Source of the DNA: a bacterium
Lineage (GTDB): Bacteria > Methylomirabilota > Methylomirabilia > CAVQYV01
DNA length: 14,793 nucleotides
Reading direction: 5' to 3'
Assembly: GCA_043800755.1 (NCBI GenBank)
Contig: JAZDMQ010000071.1
Location: forward strand, 1 to 14,793
Shown: piece by piece, positions 6,213-14,793 of the stretch
How the letters are laid out: each line of letters starts with the position of its first letter
How positions within the stretch are numbered: the first letter of the stretch is position 1
Position numbers and translations under genes: made by a program
The notes under the pieces: generated by a model
Databases searched by the model: none
Seen by the model: only the letters and a program-made list of their open reading frames with translations
What the model was told of the DNA's origin: nothing

Positions 6213-7226
6213 CTAATCGATCGGGGCCTTGCGCAGGACCATGCCAAAGATGAAAAGGGTGCTGACGCTCATGAACAGCGCCATCAGGGCCAGCCGGAAG
6301 GTGACCGAGCTGACCAGGATCGCGGCCAGGGCGTGGGTCAGGCAAAAGAGGTAGATCAAGAGCACCGCCTCGAGCCTGCTCAGGCCCAAATTCACCAGGC
6401 GATGCGAGGAGTGATCCTTTCCCCCCTGGTAGAAGGGGACCCCTCGCTGCAGGCGCAGGAGGGTGACCAGGGTGGTGTCGAAGATGGGATAAGCCAGCGC
6501 CAGGACCGGGATCAGCATGGAGGTGCTGATCCGGGCGGAATGCCAGCTTCCCAGGGCCGCGATCGAGGCGAGCAGGAATCCCAACACCATGGACCCCGCA
6601 TCCCCCATGAAGATGCTGGCCCGAAATAAATTATAGCGCAGAAAGCCCAGACAGGCCCCGGAGAGGGCGGCCGCCGCCACCAGGGTCAGGGACTGCTCCG
6701 GGCCCAGGTAGATGTAGCGCGCAATGATCGCCGCGAAGGCCGAGGCGGAGATGCAGGCCACCCCGGCTGAGAGCCCATCCATATTGTCGAGGAGGTTGAA
6801 GGCATTGGTGATCCCCACGATCCAGAGGAGGGTGAAGGGGATGTTCAGGTAAGGGGCGTTCAGGAACTGGACATTGATTCCACAAACGATGACGATCGCC
6901 GCTGCGGCCGCCTGGCCTGCCAACTTGATCCAAGGGTGCATTCCCCGGCGATCGTCGACCAGGCCCAGGATCATGAGCAGGCCTGCCCCGGCCACGATGC
7001 CCAACAGGGGGAGGCCAAAGGGCGCGGTGATGGCCACCGCCAGGCCAAAGGAGAGATAGATCCCCACCCCGCCCAGGAGGGCCAGGGGACGGGTGTGCAC
7101 CTTGCGGCTGCTCGGCAGGTCAACGAATTGGATCTTCAGCGCCAGGGAGCGGAGCAAAGGGACCAGGATCAGGGCGCTGACCAAGGCGATGGTCCAGGGC
7201 TTCAGGATGGGGAGGAGATAGCTCAA
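6213..7226 (-). CDS. MraY-like glycosyltransferase family 4: undecaprenyl-phosphate HexNAc-1-phosphate transferase (WecA/TagO-like)
   Basis: Multi-TM protein with VDLPSSRKVH..LLGGVGI, GLVDD, NAFNLLDNMDGL, FLRYN...IFMGDAGS, PIFDT and DHSSHRL. TTG start preceded by GGGGA, which overlaps the upstream stop. Confidence 0.92.
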   Translation of the reverse strand: MSYLLPILKPWTIALVSALILVPLLRSLALKIQFVDLPSSRKVHTRPLALLGGVGIYLSFGLAVAITAPFGLPLLGIVAGAGLLMILGLVDDRRGMHPWIKLAGQAAAAAIVIVCGINVQFLNAPYLNIPFTLLWIVGITNAFNLLDNMDGLSAGVACISASAFAAIIARYIYLGPEQSLTLVAAAALSGACLGFLRYNLFRASIFMGDAGSMVLGFLLASIAALGSWHSARISTSMLIPVLALAYPIFDTTLVTLLRLQRGVPFYQGGKDHSSHRLVNLGLSRLEAVLLIYLFCLTHALAAILVSSVTFRLALMALFMSVSTLFIFGMVLRKAPID

Positions 7227-7235
7227 ATCGTCCCC

Positions 7236-8570
7236 CTAAATCTTGACCACCTTCCCCCCAGGGGCTTTGAGGCCCCGGGTGGCGTTTTGGGCATCCACGA
7301 TGAGCGGGCTGTGCTTCACGATCCAGCCGATATCGAAGGATGAATGGTGCACGGCGATGACCACGCAGTCCATGCCGGCCAGGAGCTTCTCGCTGAGGGG
7401 GCGGGAGCGGTGGATCTGACGGATGGGCCGGGAGTCGTGGAGCGCCTCTTTAAGGTTGATCTCCGGGATATAAGGATCGTGATAGCAGACCTTGGCCCCT
7501 TTGGAATCCAGGATCTTGAGCAGCTCCAGGGAGGGGGAGTTGCGGGCGTCGTCGATGTCCCGCTTGAAGGCCGCGCCCAGGACGAGGACCTTGGCCTCTT
7601 TCAGGGGCTTATTCCGCAGATTCAAGGCATCGATGACCTTAGAGACGGTGTAATAGGGCATGCTCTGGTTGACCTCGGCCGCCAGCTCGATGAACCTGGT
7701 GTAGAAGTTATACTCCCGGGCCTTCCAGGAGAGGTAGTAGGGGTCCACCGGGATGCAGTGCCCGCCCACCCCCGGGCCGGGATAGAAGGGCATGAACCCG
7801 AAGGGTTTGGTGGAGGCGGCCTGAATTACCTCCCAGATGTCGATCCCCATGGGGTCTGCCAGCTTCTTCAGTTCATTGACCAGGGCGATATTGACCGAGC
7901 GGAAGATGTTCTCTAAGAGCTTGCACATCTCGGCGCTGCGCGGACAGGAGACCGGATGGATCTTTTTCTTCTCGATGATCAGGGAGAAGAGGACACAGGC
8001 CAGCTCCGTGTCCTTCGGGGTGAGGCCCCCCACCACCTTGGGGGTGTTCTTGACCCCGAATTGCTTGTTGCCCGGATCGATGCGCTCCGGGGAGAAGGCG
8101 AGATAGAAGTCCCGTCCCGCCTTGAGCCCGGAGGATTCGAGAATGGGGAGCACATCCTCCTCGGTGGTCCCGGGATAGGTGGTGCTCTGCAGGACGATCA
8201 GCTCCTCCCGATGGAGGTATTTAGCGATCTCCCGGGAGGCATCCTCAATATAATGGATGTCCGGGGCCTTGGCCTTGGTGAAGGGGGTGGGGACGCAGAT
8301 GAAGGCGGCGTCTATCTGTTGCAGCCGGGAAAAATCGGTGGTGGCCGTCAGGTCTTTTGCGGCAACCACCTTTTTCAACTGGGGCGTGGGGACGTCCGGG
8401 ATATAGCTGATCCCCTGATTAATCCGGTCCACCTTGGCCTGATCCACATCGATCCCTAAGGTCTTGATCTTCGCCTGGGCGAACTCCAGGGCCAGGGGTA
8501 GGCCCACATACCCTAGGCCGATCACCGCCACCTTGACCGTCCTGTCCCCGATCTTCTTTTTCAGCCCCAT
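7236..8570 (-). CDS. Nucleotide-sugar dehydrogenase, UDP-N-acetylhexosamine 6-dehydrogenase type (WbpA/WbpO/WecC family)
   Basis: GLGYVGLPLA, ICVPTP, STTYPGTT, FSPERIDPG, KLLENIFRSVNIALVNE, catalytic GPGVGGHCIPVDP, FKRDIDDARNSP. RBS GGAGG. Confidence 0.92.
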   Translation of the reverse strand: MGLKKKIGDRTVKVAVIGLGYVGLPLALEFAQAKIKTLGIDVDQAKVDRINQGISYIPDVPTPQLKKVVAAKDLTATTDFSRLQQIDAAFICVPTPFTKAKAPDIHYIEDASREIAKYLHREELIVLQSTTYPGTTEEDVLPILESSGLKAGRDFYLAFSPERIDPGNKQFGVKNTPKVVGGLTPKDTELACVLFSLIIEKKKIHPVSCPRSAEMCKLLENIFRSVNIALVNELKKLADPMGIDIWEVIQAASTKPFGFMPFYPGPGVGGHCIPVDPYYLSWKAREYNFYTRFIELAAEVNQSMPYYTVSKVIDALNLRNKPLKEAKVLVLGAAFKRDIDDARNSPSLELLKILDSKGAKVCYHDPYIPEINLKEALHDSRPIRQIHRSRPLSEKLLAGMDCVVIAVHHSSFDIGWIVKHSPLIVDAQNATRGLKAPGGKVVKI

Positions 8571-8585
8571 TTTCCTCCGCCTCCT

Positions 8586-9560
8586 CTAACGGTGATTATA
8601 GTGTTCCTGGCACCAGGCAATGGTCTTCTTCAGGCCTTCATTCAAGGTAGTCCGGGGCTCGAATCCTAAGATCCGCCGCGCTGCCTCGATGGAAGGCACC
8701 CGGCGTGGGGTATCTTCGAACGGCTCCTCATAGATGCTCCGATAGGGGACGAATTGGATTTCTGAAGGGGAGCCAATCTGGCCTTTGATTAGCCGCGCCA
8801 GTTCGAGGATGGAGGTCTCCTCTCCATGGGCGATGTTGAAGGCCTTTCCCTCCGCCTCCTTGACCTCCCCCACCAGGAGGGTTCCCTCGATGGTATCCTC
8901 GATGTAGGTGAAGCACCGGCTCTGGCCTCCGTCGCCGTAGACGGTCATCGGATTCCCGCTGAGGGCTTGCTGAATGAAGCGTGCCACCACGCTCCCGTAG
9001 CCCCTCTCGTCCAGGCGCGGCCCATAGGAATTGAAATAGCGGACGATGGAGACCGGGAGGCCCTTGTTGTAATAGGCAAAGGCGAAGTGCTCGTCGATGG
9101 CCTTGGACATGGAGTAGGACCAACGGCTGACATCGGTGGGCCCTAAGATTCGATCTCCATTCTCACGGAAGGGAATGTCCCGGGACTTGCCGTAGATCTC
9201 GGAGCTGGAGGCGATGACGATCTTCTTCCAGTATTTGAAGGCGGAGCCGAGGACGATCTCCGTGCCCTTGACATTGGTGTAAATGCCGTGGAGGGGATCC
9301 TCGATCACATACTTGACCCCCACCACCGCGGCCAGATGATAGATCAGGTCTACCCGTTCCACGATCCGGTCGATCAGGGCTTCATTCAAGATGCTATCGT
9401 TGACGAAGTGAAACCCCTCTCTCCCCAGGAGATGGTGGATGTTCTGGATCCCCCCGGTGGAGAGGTTATCCACCACATAGACCTCGTCGCCGCGGCCAAT
9501 CAGCCGGTCCACCAGGTGGGATCCGATATACCCGGCTCCACCCGTCACCAGGACCTTCAT
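8586..9560 (-). CDS. Extended SDR NAD-dependent epimerase/dehydratase, UDP-glucuronate decarboxylase (UXS / ArnA C-terminal domain)-like
   Basis: TGGAGYIGSHL, HLAAVVGV, SSSEIYG, RWSYSMSK (YxxxK), RYFNSYGPR, GDGGQSRCF. RBS AGGAGGAG. The exact activity is inferred. Confidence 0.85.
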   Translation of the reverse strand: MKVLVTGGAGYIGSHLVDRLIGRGDEVYVVDNLSTGGIQNIHHLLGREGFHFVNDSILNEALIDRIVERVDLIYHLAAVVGVKYVIEDPLHGIYTNVKGTEIVLGSAFKYWKKIVIASSSEIYGKSRDIPFRENGDRILGPTDVSRWSYSMSKAIDEHFAFAYYNKGLPVSIVRYFNSYGPRLDERGYGSVVARFIQQALSGNPMTVYGDGGQSRCFTYIEDTIEGTLLVGEVKEAEGKAFNIAHGEETSILELARLIKGQIGSPSEIQFVPYRSIYEEPFEDTPRRVPSIEAARRILGFEPRTTLNEGLKKTIAWCQEHYNHR

Positions 9561-9568
9561 TGCTCCTC

Positions 9569-10870
9569 CTATCTTCCCACTCCGAAATAGAGGAAGCCCA
9601 ACCCTCTCATCGTTTCCGGCATCAGCAGGTTGACCCCATCCACGACGATCGGGTTCCGCAGCAGGCCCTTGAGCCGCCTCATATCGAGGGCCTTGAATTC
9701 GTCCCAGCCGGTCAGGATGAGCAGGGCGTCCGCGCCCTCCGCCGCCTTATAGGAGTCCTCGCAGAAGGTGATGTCGGCCAAGAGCTTGGTGGCCTCTTGC
9801 ATCCCTTTGGGATCATAGGCCCGGACATGGGCTCCCTCCCGCTGCAAGGCCTCGATGATCCGGACTGAGAGGGAGGTCCGGACATCGTCTGTGTCCGCCT
9901 TGAAGGTCAGGCCCAGGATGCCGAGGGTCTTGCCATAGAGGACGGAGCCTAGGGCATTTCGGACCTTGGCCACGATGGAGCGAATCTGATGATCGTTCTT
10001 TTCCTGGACCCCGTGGAAGAAGTTGCTCTCATAGCCATGGTTCTCGGCCATCTTGATCAGGGCCTTGAGGTCCTTGATGAGGCAGGGGCCGCCGAATCCA
10101 ATCCCGGCGGACAGATAGCTGTGGCCGATCCTCTGGTCGTAGCCCATCCCCCGGGCCACCTCTACCACATCCGCCCCCACATGTTCGCAGATGTGGGCGA
10201 TCTCATTGATGAAAGAGACCCGGGTGGCCAGGAAGACATTGGAGGCGTACTTGATCATCTGGGCATTGCGGATGGAGGTCTTGATCAGAGGGGCGCCCAG
10301 AGGAGAGAAGAGAGCCGCCACCTTGGCCGCAGCCTCCGGGGAGTCTCCCCCCACCACCACCCGATCGGGATGGAAGAAATCGTAGACCGCCTTGCCCTCG
10401 CGCAGGAATTCGGGATTGGAGACCAGATCGTAGTCCCTCCCCTGCTCCTTTCCCTGGGCGGCCAGGACATTGGAGACCATCTCAAAGGTGCCCACCGGGA
10501 CCGTGCTCTTGATGGCGACGATATGGTAGGTACTCATCACCTTTGCCAAATCCTCGGCCACCATGATGATCTGGGAGAGGTCTGCTTCTCCGTTTTCTTT
10601 GGCCGGGGTGCCTACCGCGATGAAGAGGATCTCCGCTCCCTTCACTGCCTCCCGGACGTCGAGGGTGAAATGGAGTCGGCCCGCAGAGAGGCTCTTGCTC
10701 ACCAGCTCCTCCAGGCCTTCCTCGTAAATGGGCAGCACCCCTTGGGCAATGTTCTCGATGCGCTCCCGATCAATATCCAGCGCCATCACCTGATGGCCCA
10801 TCTCTGCTAACCCGGTGGCGGTCACCAGACCCACATAGCCGGTGCCTCCGATGACGCAGATGCGGCTCAT
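9569..10870 (-). CDS. ugd: UDP-glucose 6-dehydrogenase
   Basis: GTGYVGLV, PIYEEGL, IAVGTP, KSTVPVGT, SNPEFLREG, IKYASNVFLATRVSFINEI, catalytic GFGGPCLIKD, FKADTDDVR. RBS AAAGGAG. Confidence 0.92.
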   Translation of the reverse strand: MSRICVIGGTGYVGLVTATGLAEMGHQVMALDIDRERIENIAQGVLPIYEEGLEELVSKSLSAGRLHFTLDVREAVKGAEILFIAVGTPAKENGEADLSQIIMVAEDLAKVMSTYHIVAIKSTVPVGTFEMVSNVLAAQGKEQGRDYDLVSNPEFLREGKAVYDFFHPDRVVVGGDSPEAAAKVAALFSPLGAPLIKTSIRNAQMIKYASNVFLATRVSFINEIAHICEHVGADVVEVARGMGYDQRIGHSYLSAGIGFGGPCLIKDLKALIKMAENHGYESNFFHGVQEKNDHQIRSIVAKVRNALGSVLYGKTLGILGLTFKADTDDVRTSLSVRIIEALQREGAHVRAYDPKGMQEATKLLADITFCEDSYKAAEGADALLILTGWDEFKALDMRRLKGLLRNPIVVDGVNLLMPETMRGLGFLYFGVGR

Positions 10871-10923
10871 GCAACCAATCTCCTTTCGCCTGCTTCAAGG
10901 CCCGTTTTCATGCTCGGTGCGAT

Positions 10924-10963
10924 GCTGCAACTACTATCTACCACGAAATTGCGGCCATTTCCA
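10924..10963 (-). promoter_or_regulatory. Possible weak internal promoter upstream of ugd
   Basis: This is the only sizeable gap (~100 nt) inside the glycosylation run. On the minus strand it reads TGGAAA-17 nt-TAGATA with a TG extension. The match to consensus is poor. Confidence 0.25.
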
Positions 10964-10972
10964 CCCTATTTC

Positions 10973-11995
10973 TCACCCCACCCCTTTTTTGCTGGAGCCC
11001 CTGCCCGAGATGGGCCTGAAAATCCCCACCCAGAAGCCACATCCCCAGGCCAGGTGCAGGGTGAGAAAGGTGAGCACGATCCCGGGCCAAAGGGAAAGCG
11101 ACCCCGCCCTCATCGCCTTGGGCAGCGCGAAGGCGGCTGCCAGGATTAGATAGAGGAGGCCGCCCAGGGCCAGCAAGATCCAGGCCGGATGGAAGGAGAG
11201 GCCCAGCAGGGCAAGGGCCACGAGGCCGAGGACCAGGGTAGGGGCAGCCAATTGTCGGGGCTGCAGGGATTTGGGATGCCGCCTCAGGGTCTCGACCTTC
11301 CAGAGGCCATACTGGAAGTACTGGCGCCAGATGGCGGGAAGGGACTCCCGGCAGTAGTAGAGGGACCGAATCTCAGGGGTGCACAGGATGCGGCCCCCGG
11401 CGGAGCGGAGGCGATAGTTCAGCTCATAGTCCTGGTTGCATTGGAGGGTCTCGTCGAAGAGGCCGATCCGGTCGAAGACCTCCCGGCGATAGGCCCCGAG
11501 GTAAACGGTGTCGGAGAACTGCTCCTTCTCCGAGTAATGGAACGGGGAATTGCCGATCCCGAAGGGGGAGCTGGTCGCCAGGGCTGCGGCACGGCCGAAG
11601 TAAGTCCTCCCCACTGACCGCATCAGCCCCCCCACATTGTCCGCCTCCCCTCTTTGCAGGTGTTCAACGCACCGGCGCACATAATCCGGGGCGATTACCG
11701 TGTGCCCGTCCACCCGCACTAAGATGTTGCCATGCGATTGGCGGATGCCGATGTTGAGGGCAGCCGGAACGATCCGCGCCGGGTTGCTGAGGAGGATCAG
11801 GCGCGGATCGGATCTGCAATAGCGCGCGGCAACCTCTGCTGTCCCATCCGTGGATTGGCCGTCCACCACGATGATCTCCATCCGGTCCGCAGGATAATCC
11901 TGGGCCAGCACTGCGTCGAGGGATTCGGCAATGAAGGCGGCCTCGTTGCGAATGGGCATGATCACCGAGACAAAGGGCAGGAGGGGCTCAGCCAT
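10973..11995 (-). CDS. Glycosyltransferase family 2, succinoglycan ExoA-like
   Basis: VSVIMPIRNE, VVDGQSTDGT, PAALNIGI, RVDGH (DxH), DNVGG, SSPFGIG, DTVYLGAYRRE, NQDYELNYRLR, RQYFQYGLWK, plus C-terminal TM helices ending HLAWGCGF. 8-nt overlap with the upstream gene. Confidence 0.9.
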   Translation of the reverse strand: MAEPLLPFVSVIMPIRNEAAFIAESLDAVLAQDYPADRMEIIVVDGQSTDGTAEVAARYCRSDPRLILLSNPARIVPAALNIGIRQSHGNILVRVDGHTVIAPDYVRRCVEHLQRGEADNVGGLMRSVGRTYFGRAAALATSSPFGIGNSPFHYSEKEQFSDTVYLGAYRREVFDRIGLFDETLQCNQDYELNYRLRSAGGRILCTPEIRSLYYCRESLPAIWRQYFQYGLWKVETLRRHPKSLQPRQLAAPTLVLGLVALALLGLSFHPAWILLALGGLLYLILAAAFALPKAMRAGSLSLWPGIVLTFLTLHLAWGCGFWVGIFRPISGRGSSKKGVG

Positions 11996-13145
11996 CCTTC
12001 GCCTCCCCGGCCGGGTTGGGCGCGCCCTGGCCCAGCAAGTCCTGATAGAGCCCGATCAACTTCTTCCCCTCCCTCTCCCAGGAATAGCGCTCGACCACGG
12101 CCTCCCGCCCCCGCCTGCCCATTTCCTGGGCCTCGGTGGGATGATTCAGGATATGGGCCATCGCCTTGGCCATCTGCTCGATGTCCCCGGGCTCGACCAG
12201 GAGGCCGCAGCTGGCCTCTTCCACGATGGGCCTCACCAGGGGTAGGTTGTAGGCGATCACCGGGATGGAGGCGGCCATGTATTCGAGGAGTTTGGTGGGC
12301 AGGATCTCCAAGTAGTTGGGCGTGGGATAGAGGGTGACCATTCCAGCCCGGGCGCCCTTTAACAGCGGAGGGAGGCGCCGGAAGGGCTGCTCTGGCAACA
12401 GGTGAGCCCCCCGGGGGAGCCGATGGGACAGATTTGCCACCGAGGGGTCCGCATCGTCGAGGCGACCCACCAGGACCAGCCCCGCATCCTTCCTCTCCCC
12501 GGACAGTCGCTCGAAGGCGGCCAGGCAGTCCAGGGCCCCGCGGTCACGGGATAGGAGGCCGGAATAGACGAAGTAGGGGGCTTCGAGCTTCAGCGGCGCG
12601 GATTCCTGCGCCTCGTCGAAGGAGTGGAGGTCAACGAAGTTCCTGACCAGCACAGGTCTCCGGTTAGCCCGCTGGAATCGGCCATAGGTGGGTTCGTTGG
12701 CCACCACCACTCCATCGAAGATACGCGCGGCAAGCCATTCCAAGAGGTTCATTCCCTTTGCCACCGCCGGGCGAAACCCGGCCGGGATCCAGAGCCGATT
12801 GAGCATCACCTGGGGATAATTCTCGTGGATATCGTAAACCACGGGCCGGTGGGTGAGGAGTTTGAGGAGCAGCCCCACCCCGATCAACTCCGGATCGTGA
12901 AAATGGAAGATGTCGGCCCTGCTCTGGAGCGCGGCCCCGAGCGCCCGCCCCCAGTTCACGGGACGGCGCGAGCGCGGGATCTGGGGCAAAGGGATTAGGT
13001 CGATTTCCTTCAGATAGCTCACCTCCGGCGGGCAGGGGGCGATGTAGGTGACCTGGTAGCCGGCCTGGAGGAGCGTGGGGATCTGCTTGAAGAAGATGCG
13101 GTTGTCGTTATAGATGTGGACCGTGGTCAGCACACAGGCCCTCAT
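11988..13145 (-). CDS. Glycosyltransferase family 4 (GT-B), 385 aa
   Basis: Start reassigned to MRACVLTTVH (ATG 13145, GGAGGAGG upstream, ATGA overlap with the GT-C stop). Motifs DNRIFFKQ, HFHDPEL, YDIHENY, YSGLLSRDRG, PTKLLEYMAASIPVI, GREAVVERYSW. Confidence 0.9.
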   Translation of the reverse strand: MRACVLTTVHIYNDNRIFFKQIPTLLQAGYQVTYIAPCPPEVSYLKEIDLIPLPQIPRSRRPVNWGRALGAALQSRADIFHFHDPELIGVGLLLKLLTHRPVVYDIHENYPQVMLNRLWIPAGFRPAVAKGMNLLEWLAARIFDGVVVANEPTYGRFQRANRRPVLVRNFVDLHSFDEAQESAPLKLEAPYFVYSGLLSRDRGALDCLAAFERLSGERKDAGLVLVGRLDDADPSVANLSHRLPRGAHLLPEQPFRRLPPLLKGARAGMVTLYPTPNYLEILPTKLLEYMAASIPVIAYNLPLVRPIVEEASCGLLVEPGDIEQMAKAMAHILNHPTEAQEMGRRGREAVVERYSWEREGKKLIGLYQDLLGQGAPNPAGEAKDG

Positions 13146-14695
13146 GTAATTGAGACCTCCTCCCCGATTTGGCATATGGTGAGGGCTTTACGATTGGAGA
13201 GCGAGCGTTCTGGTCCCTTGCCATTTCTCGTTTTCTGGAAGAGGTATATTTCTATCTCCCTGAACTTTCGGTAATCAGACAATGGGAAGGCTTTTCCCAG
13301 GGCCTTCGCAGTGAGTCCCTTTTCATCACGCGCGTGAGACAGGATGAGCCAGACCCTTTCATGATCCCTTAGGGTGGGAGCCAATTTCTCTGTCGTCTCT
13401 CCTTCATGCTTGGGGGTCCCCTTGGGGAACGACTTCTTGATTAGATCAGCCCTCTTCGAATAGTAATTGAAGGGACTTCGGGAATAGCCGGCATTAAACA
13501 AGACCAAATCCCCCGGTTGAGCCCTGGCCTCGACATATTTCGCCGCCTCTCTCCATTGTTCCTTCTGGACCTTCACATAATAGGTCCAAACAGTGCTCAG
13601 TGAGAGGAAGATGATGATGCCGGTGATGATCAGCTTCGCCGGGGCATAAGCGAGGTTCTTTATTCCCTTGGCTGCCAGCAGATAAAGGGCCAAGGAAGCC
13701 GCTACCGCGTACCTGAACTTATACATGGGGGATGAGACCTGGGAGATCAAGAATGGCAAAACAATGGGAACCAGTAACCATAGGCCCAAAAGACAGATCG
13801 GGCGCAGGTCAGTAAGAACAACTCTTTGACCAAGGAATCTGGGCCACTGGGAGAGGTGCGCCCAATCGCTGCCTTCCCTCGTCTTATTCCATGTGATCAA
13901 GGAAAGAAATGCCAATCCGATCAATAGAAACATCAACTTCTCACTTCCCGCATATTGCTCAAAAGATTGGCGTATTGTGTCAAAGGATGGCTCCTTTAAC
14001 CAAAAATGGCCCTGCGACCTTATCATCTGTTTGACATACATCGGGATCCAGGGTGCGAAGAGAAGCGCTACGCAGGATTGCAGGAGGGTCCACCTCTTGA
14101 TATGAGATTTGAAGTCCTCCCTGGAAAAGAGGAACAGGGTGGCAAAATAGAGATTTTCGGCAATCACGATAAAGAGGCCATAAACATGCGTATATACCAA
14201 AAAGGCGGTGAAAAGCACATAGCCAATGGAGGTCCAACGATTTCTCTCCTCCAGAAATCTGCCAAAAAAATAGAAAGAGAGCAAAGTCAGAAGGGCCATC
14301 AGGCCATAGGCCCTCACTTCTTGAGAGTACCGGATATGGAAACTGGAGACCGCCATGAGCAGAGAAGCCAACAAGCCCACTTCCTTGTCGAATAATTGCT
14401 TGCCCACCTTGTAGACCATCCACATGGCGCCGAAGCCAAACAGGACGGAGAGGAACCTGGTGGCGAATTCCGAGTCCCCAAATAGAGCAACCCAGTAACG
14501 CAGTAGAAGAAAATAGAAGGGCGGATGGACGTTGGAGGCACGGTTCTTGACAATTGCAGAGACGCCCTCATGAGCCAATCTGATGGATACCGCTTCATCT
14601 AACCATAGGCTCTCTCCAGCCAAATCATATATCCTCAGGAACAGGCCCAAACCCAGTATGGCCAACAATACCCACTGCTCTCTCGTCAGTCTCAT
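13142..14695 (-). CDS. Polytopic GT-C membrane glycosyltransferase (PMT_2 / GT39 / ArnT-like), 517 aa
   Basis: N-terminal TM followed by LRIYDLAGESLWLDEA (DE motif), HPPFYFLLL, FGDSEFATRFLSVLFG, YSQEVRAY, YTHVY and many TM segments. Also RY near the last helices and a soluble C-terminal domain (WREAAKYV...PGDLVL...RVWLI). Confidence 0.88.
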   Translation of the reverse strand: MRLTREQWVLLAILGLGLFLRIYDLAGESLWLDEAVSIRLAHEGVSAIVKNRASNVHPPFYFLLLRYWVALFGDSEFATRFLSVLFGFGAMWMVYKVGKQLFDKEVGLLASLLMAVSSFHIRYSQEVRAYGLMALLTLLSFYFFGRFLEERNRWTSIGYVLFTAFLVYTHVYGLFIVIAENLYFATLFLFSREDFKSHIKRWTLLQSCVALLFAPWIPMYVKQMIRSQGHFWLKEPSFDTIRQSFEQYAGSEKLMFLLIGLAFLSLITWNKTREGSDWAHLSQWPRFLGQRVVLTDLRPICLLGLWLLVPIVLPFLISQVSSPMYKFRYAVAASLALYLLAAKGIKNLAYAPAKLIITGIIIFLSLSTVWTYYVKVQKEQWREAAKYVEARAQPGDLVLFNAGYSRSPFNYYSKRADLIKKSFPKGTPKHEGETTEKLAPTLRDHERVWLILSHARDEKGLTAKALGKAFPLSDYRKFREIEIYLFQKTRNGKGPERSLSNRKALTICQIGEEVSIT

Positions 14696-14793
14696 GGTCT
14701 GTCCTTTTCCGACGTTACCTCTCCCGTCACCTCCCGGAGCACCCCCTCCAGTTCGGCTGCCAGCTTTCTTCGGTCATACCTTTTTGTCACGAA
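14692..14793 (-). CDS. C-terminal fragment of an upstream gene, probably a GT4 glycosyltransferase (partial)
   Basis: Open from the edge: FVTKRYDRRKLAAELEGVLREVTGEVTSEKDRP*, which resembles the final GT-B helix. Its TGA overlaps the GT-C ATG (ATGA). Confidence 0.6.
   Translation of the reverse strand, partial: FVTKRYDRRKLAAELEGVLREVTGEVTSEKDRP

Noticed and set aside
6197..6247. Track start of the radical SAM ORF at 6247 (and of the GT4 at 13175)
   Set aside because: Both would overlap the upstream gene by more than 30 nt. The downstream ATGs have an RBS and family-typical N-termini.
1581..12998. Long antisense ORFs (e.g. 1581-2348, 5306-5947, 7344-7916, 9989-10810, 11732-12337)
   Set aside because: These are typical antisense open frames of high-GC3 genes. 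Each lies opposite a well-supported gene and has no motifs.
14264..14270. A7 homopolymer (T7 on the coding strand) in the GT-C gene as a phase-variation tract
   Set aside because: It is short, in frame and explained by Tyr-Phe-Phe codons.

Overview
Bacterial chromosomal segment, mostly GC-rich, in two parts. Left arm (1-2840): a divergent pair of RNA-metabolism genes. One is a THUMP-domain RlmL/YpsC-like SAM-dependent RNA methyltransferase on the minus strand, which runs off the left edge and is missing from the supplied ORF track. The other is an RhlE-like DEAD-box helicase on the plus strand, preceded by a near-consensus sigma70 promoter and a ~360-nt leader rich in nested inverted repeats. 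Right arm (2939-14793): one tightly packed minus-strand run. It reads: partial GT4, low-GC GT-C/PMT_2 membrane glycosyltransferase, GT4, ExoA-like GT2, UDP-glucose dehydrogenase, UDP-glucuronate-decarboxylase-like SDR, UDP-HexNAc dehydrogenase, WecA/TagO-like transferase, AmmeMemoRadiSam radical SAM (amrS), DUF4321, maf, an HTH-WYL-WCX regulator and a 59-aa unknown protein. I found no rRNA, tRNA, CRISPR array, transposase or integrase. The two best candidates for undescribed biology are (i) the structured helicase leader, a possible cis-regulatory RNA, and (ii) the WYL regulator, a perfect 11-bp palindrome and the small protein at the end of the maf operon. All calls come from reading motifs by eye; no searches were run.
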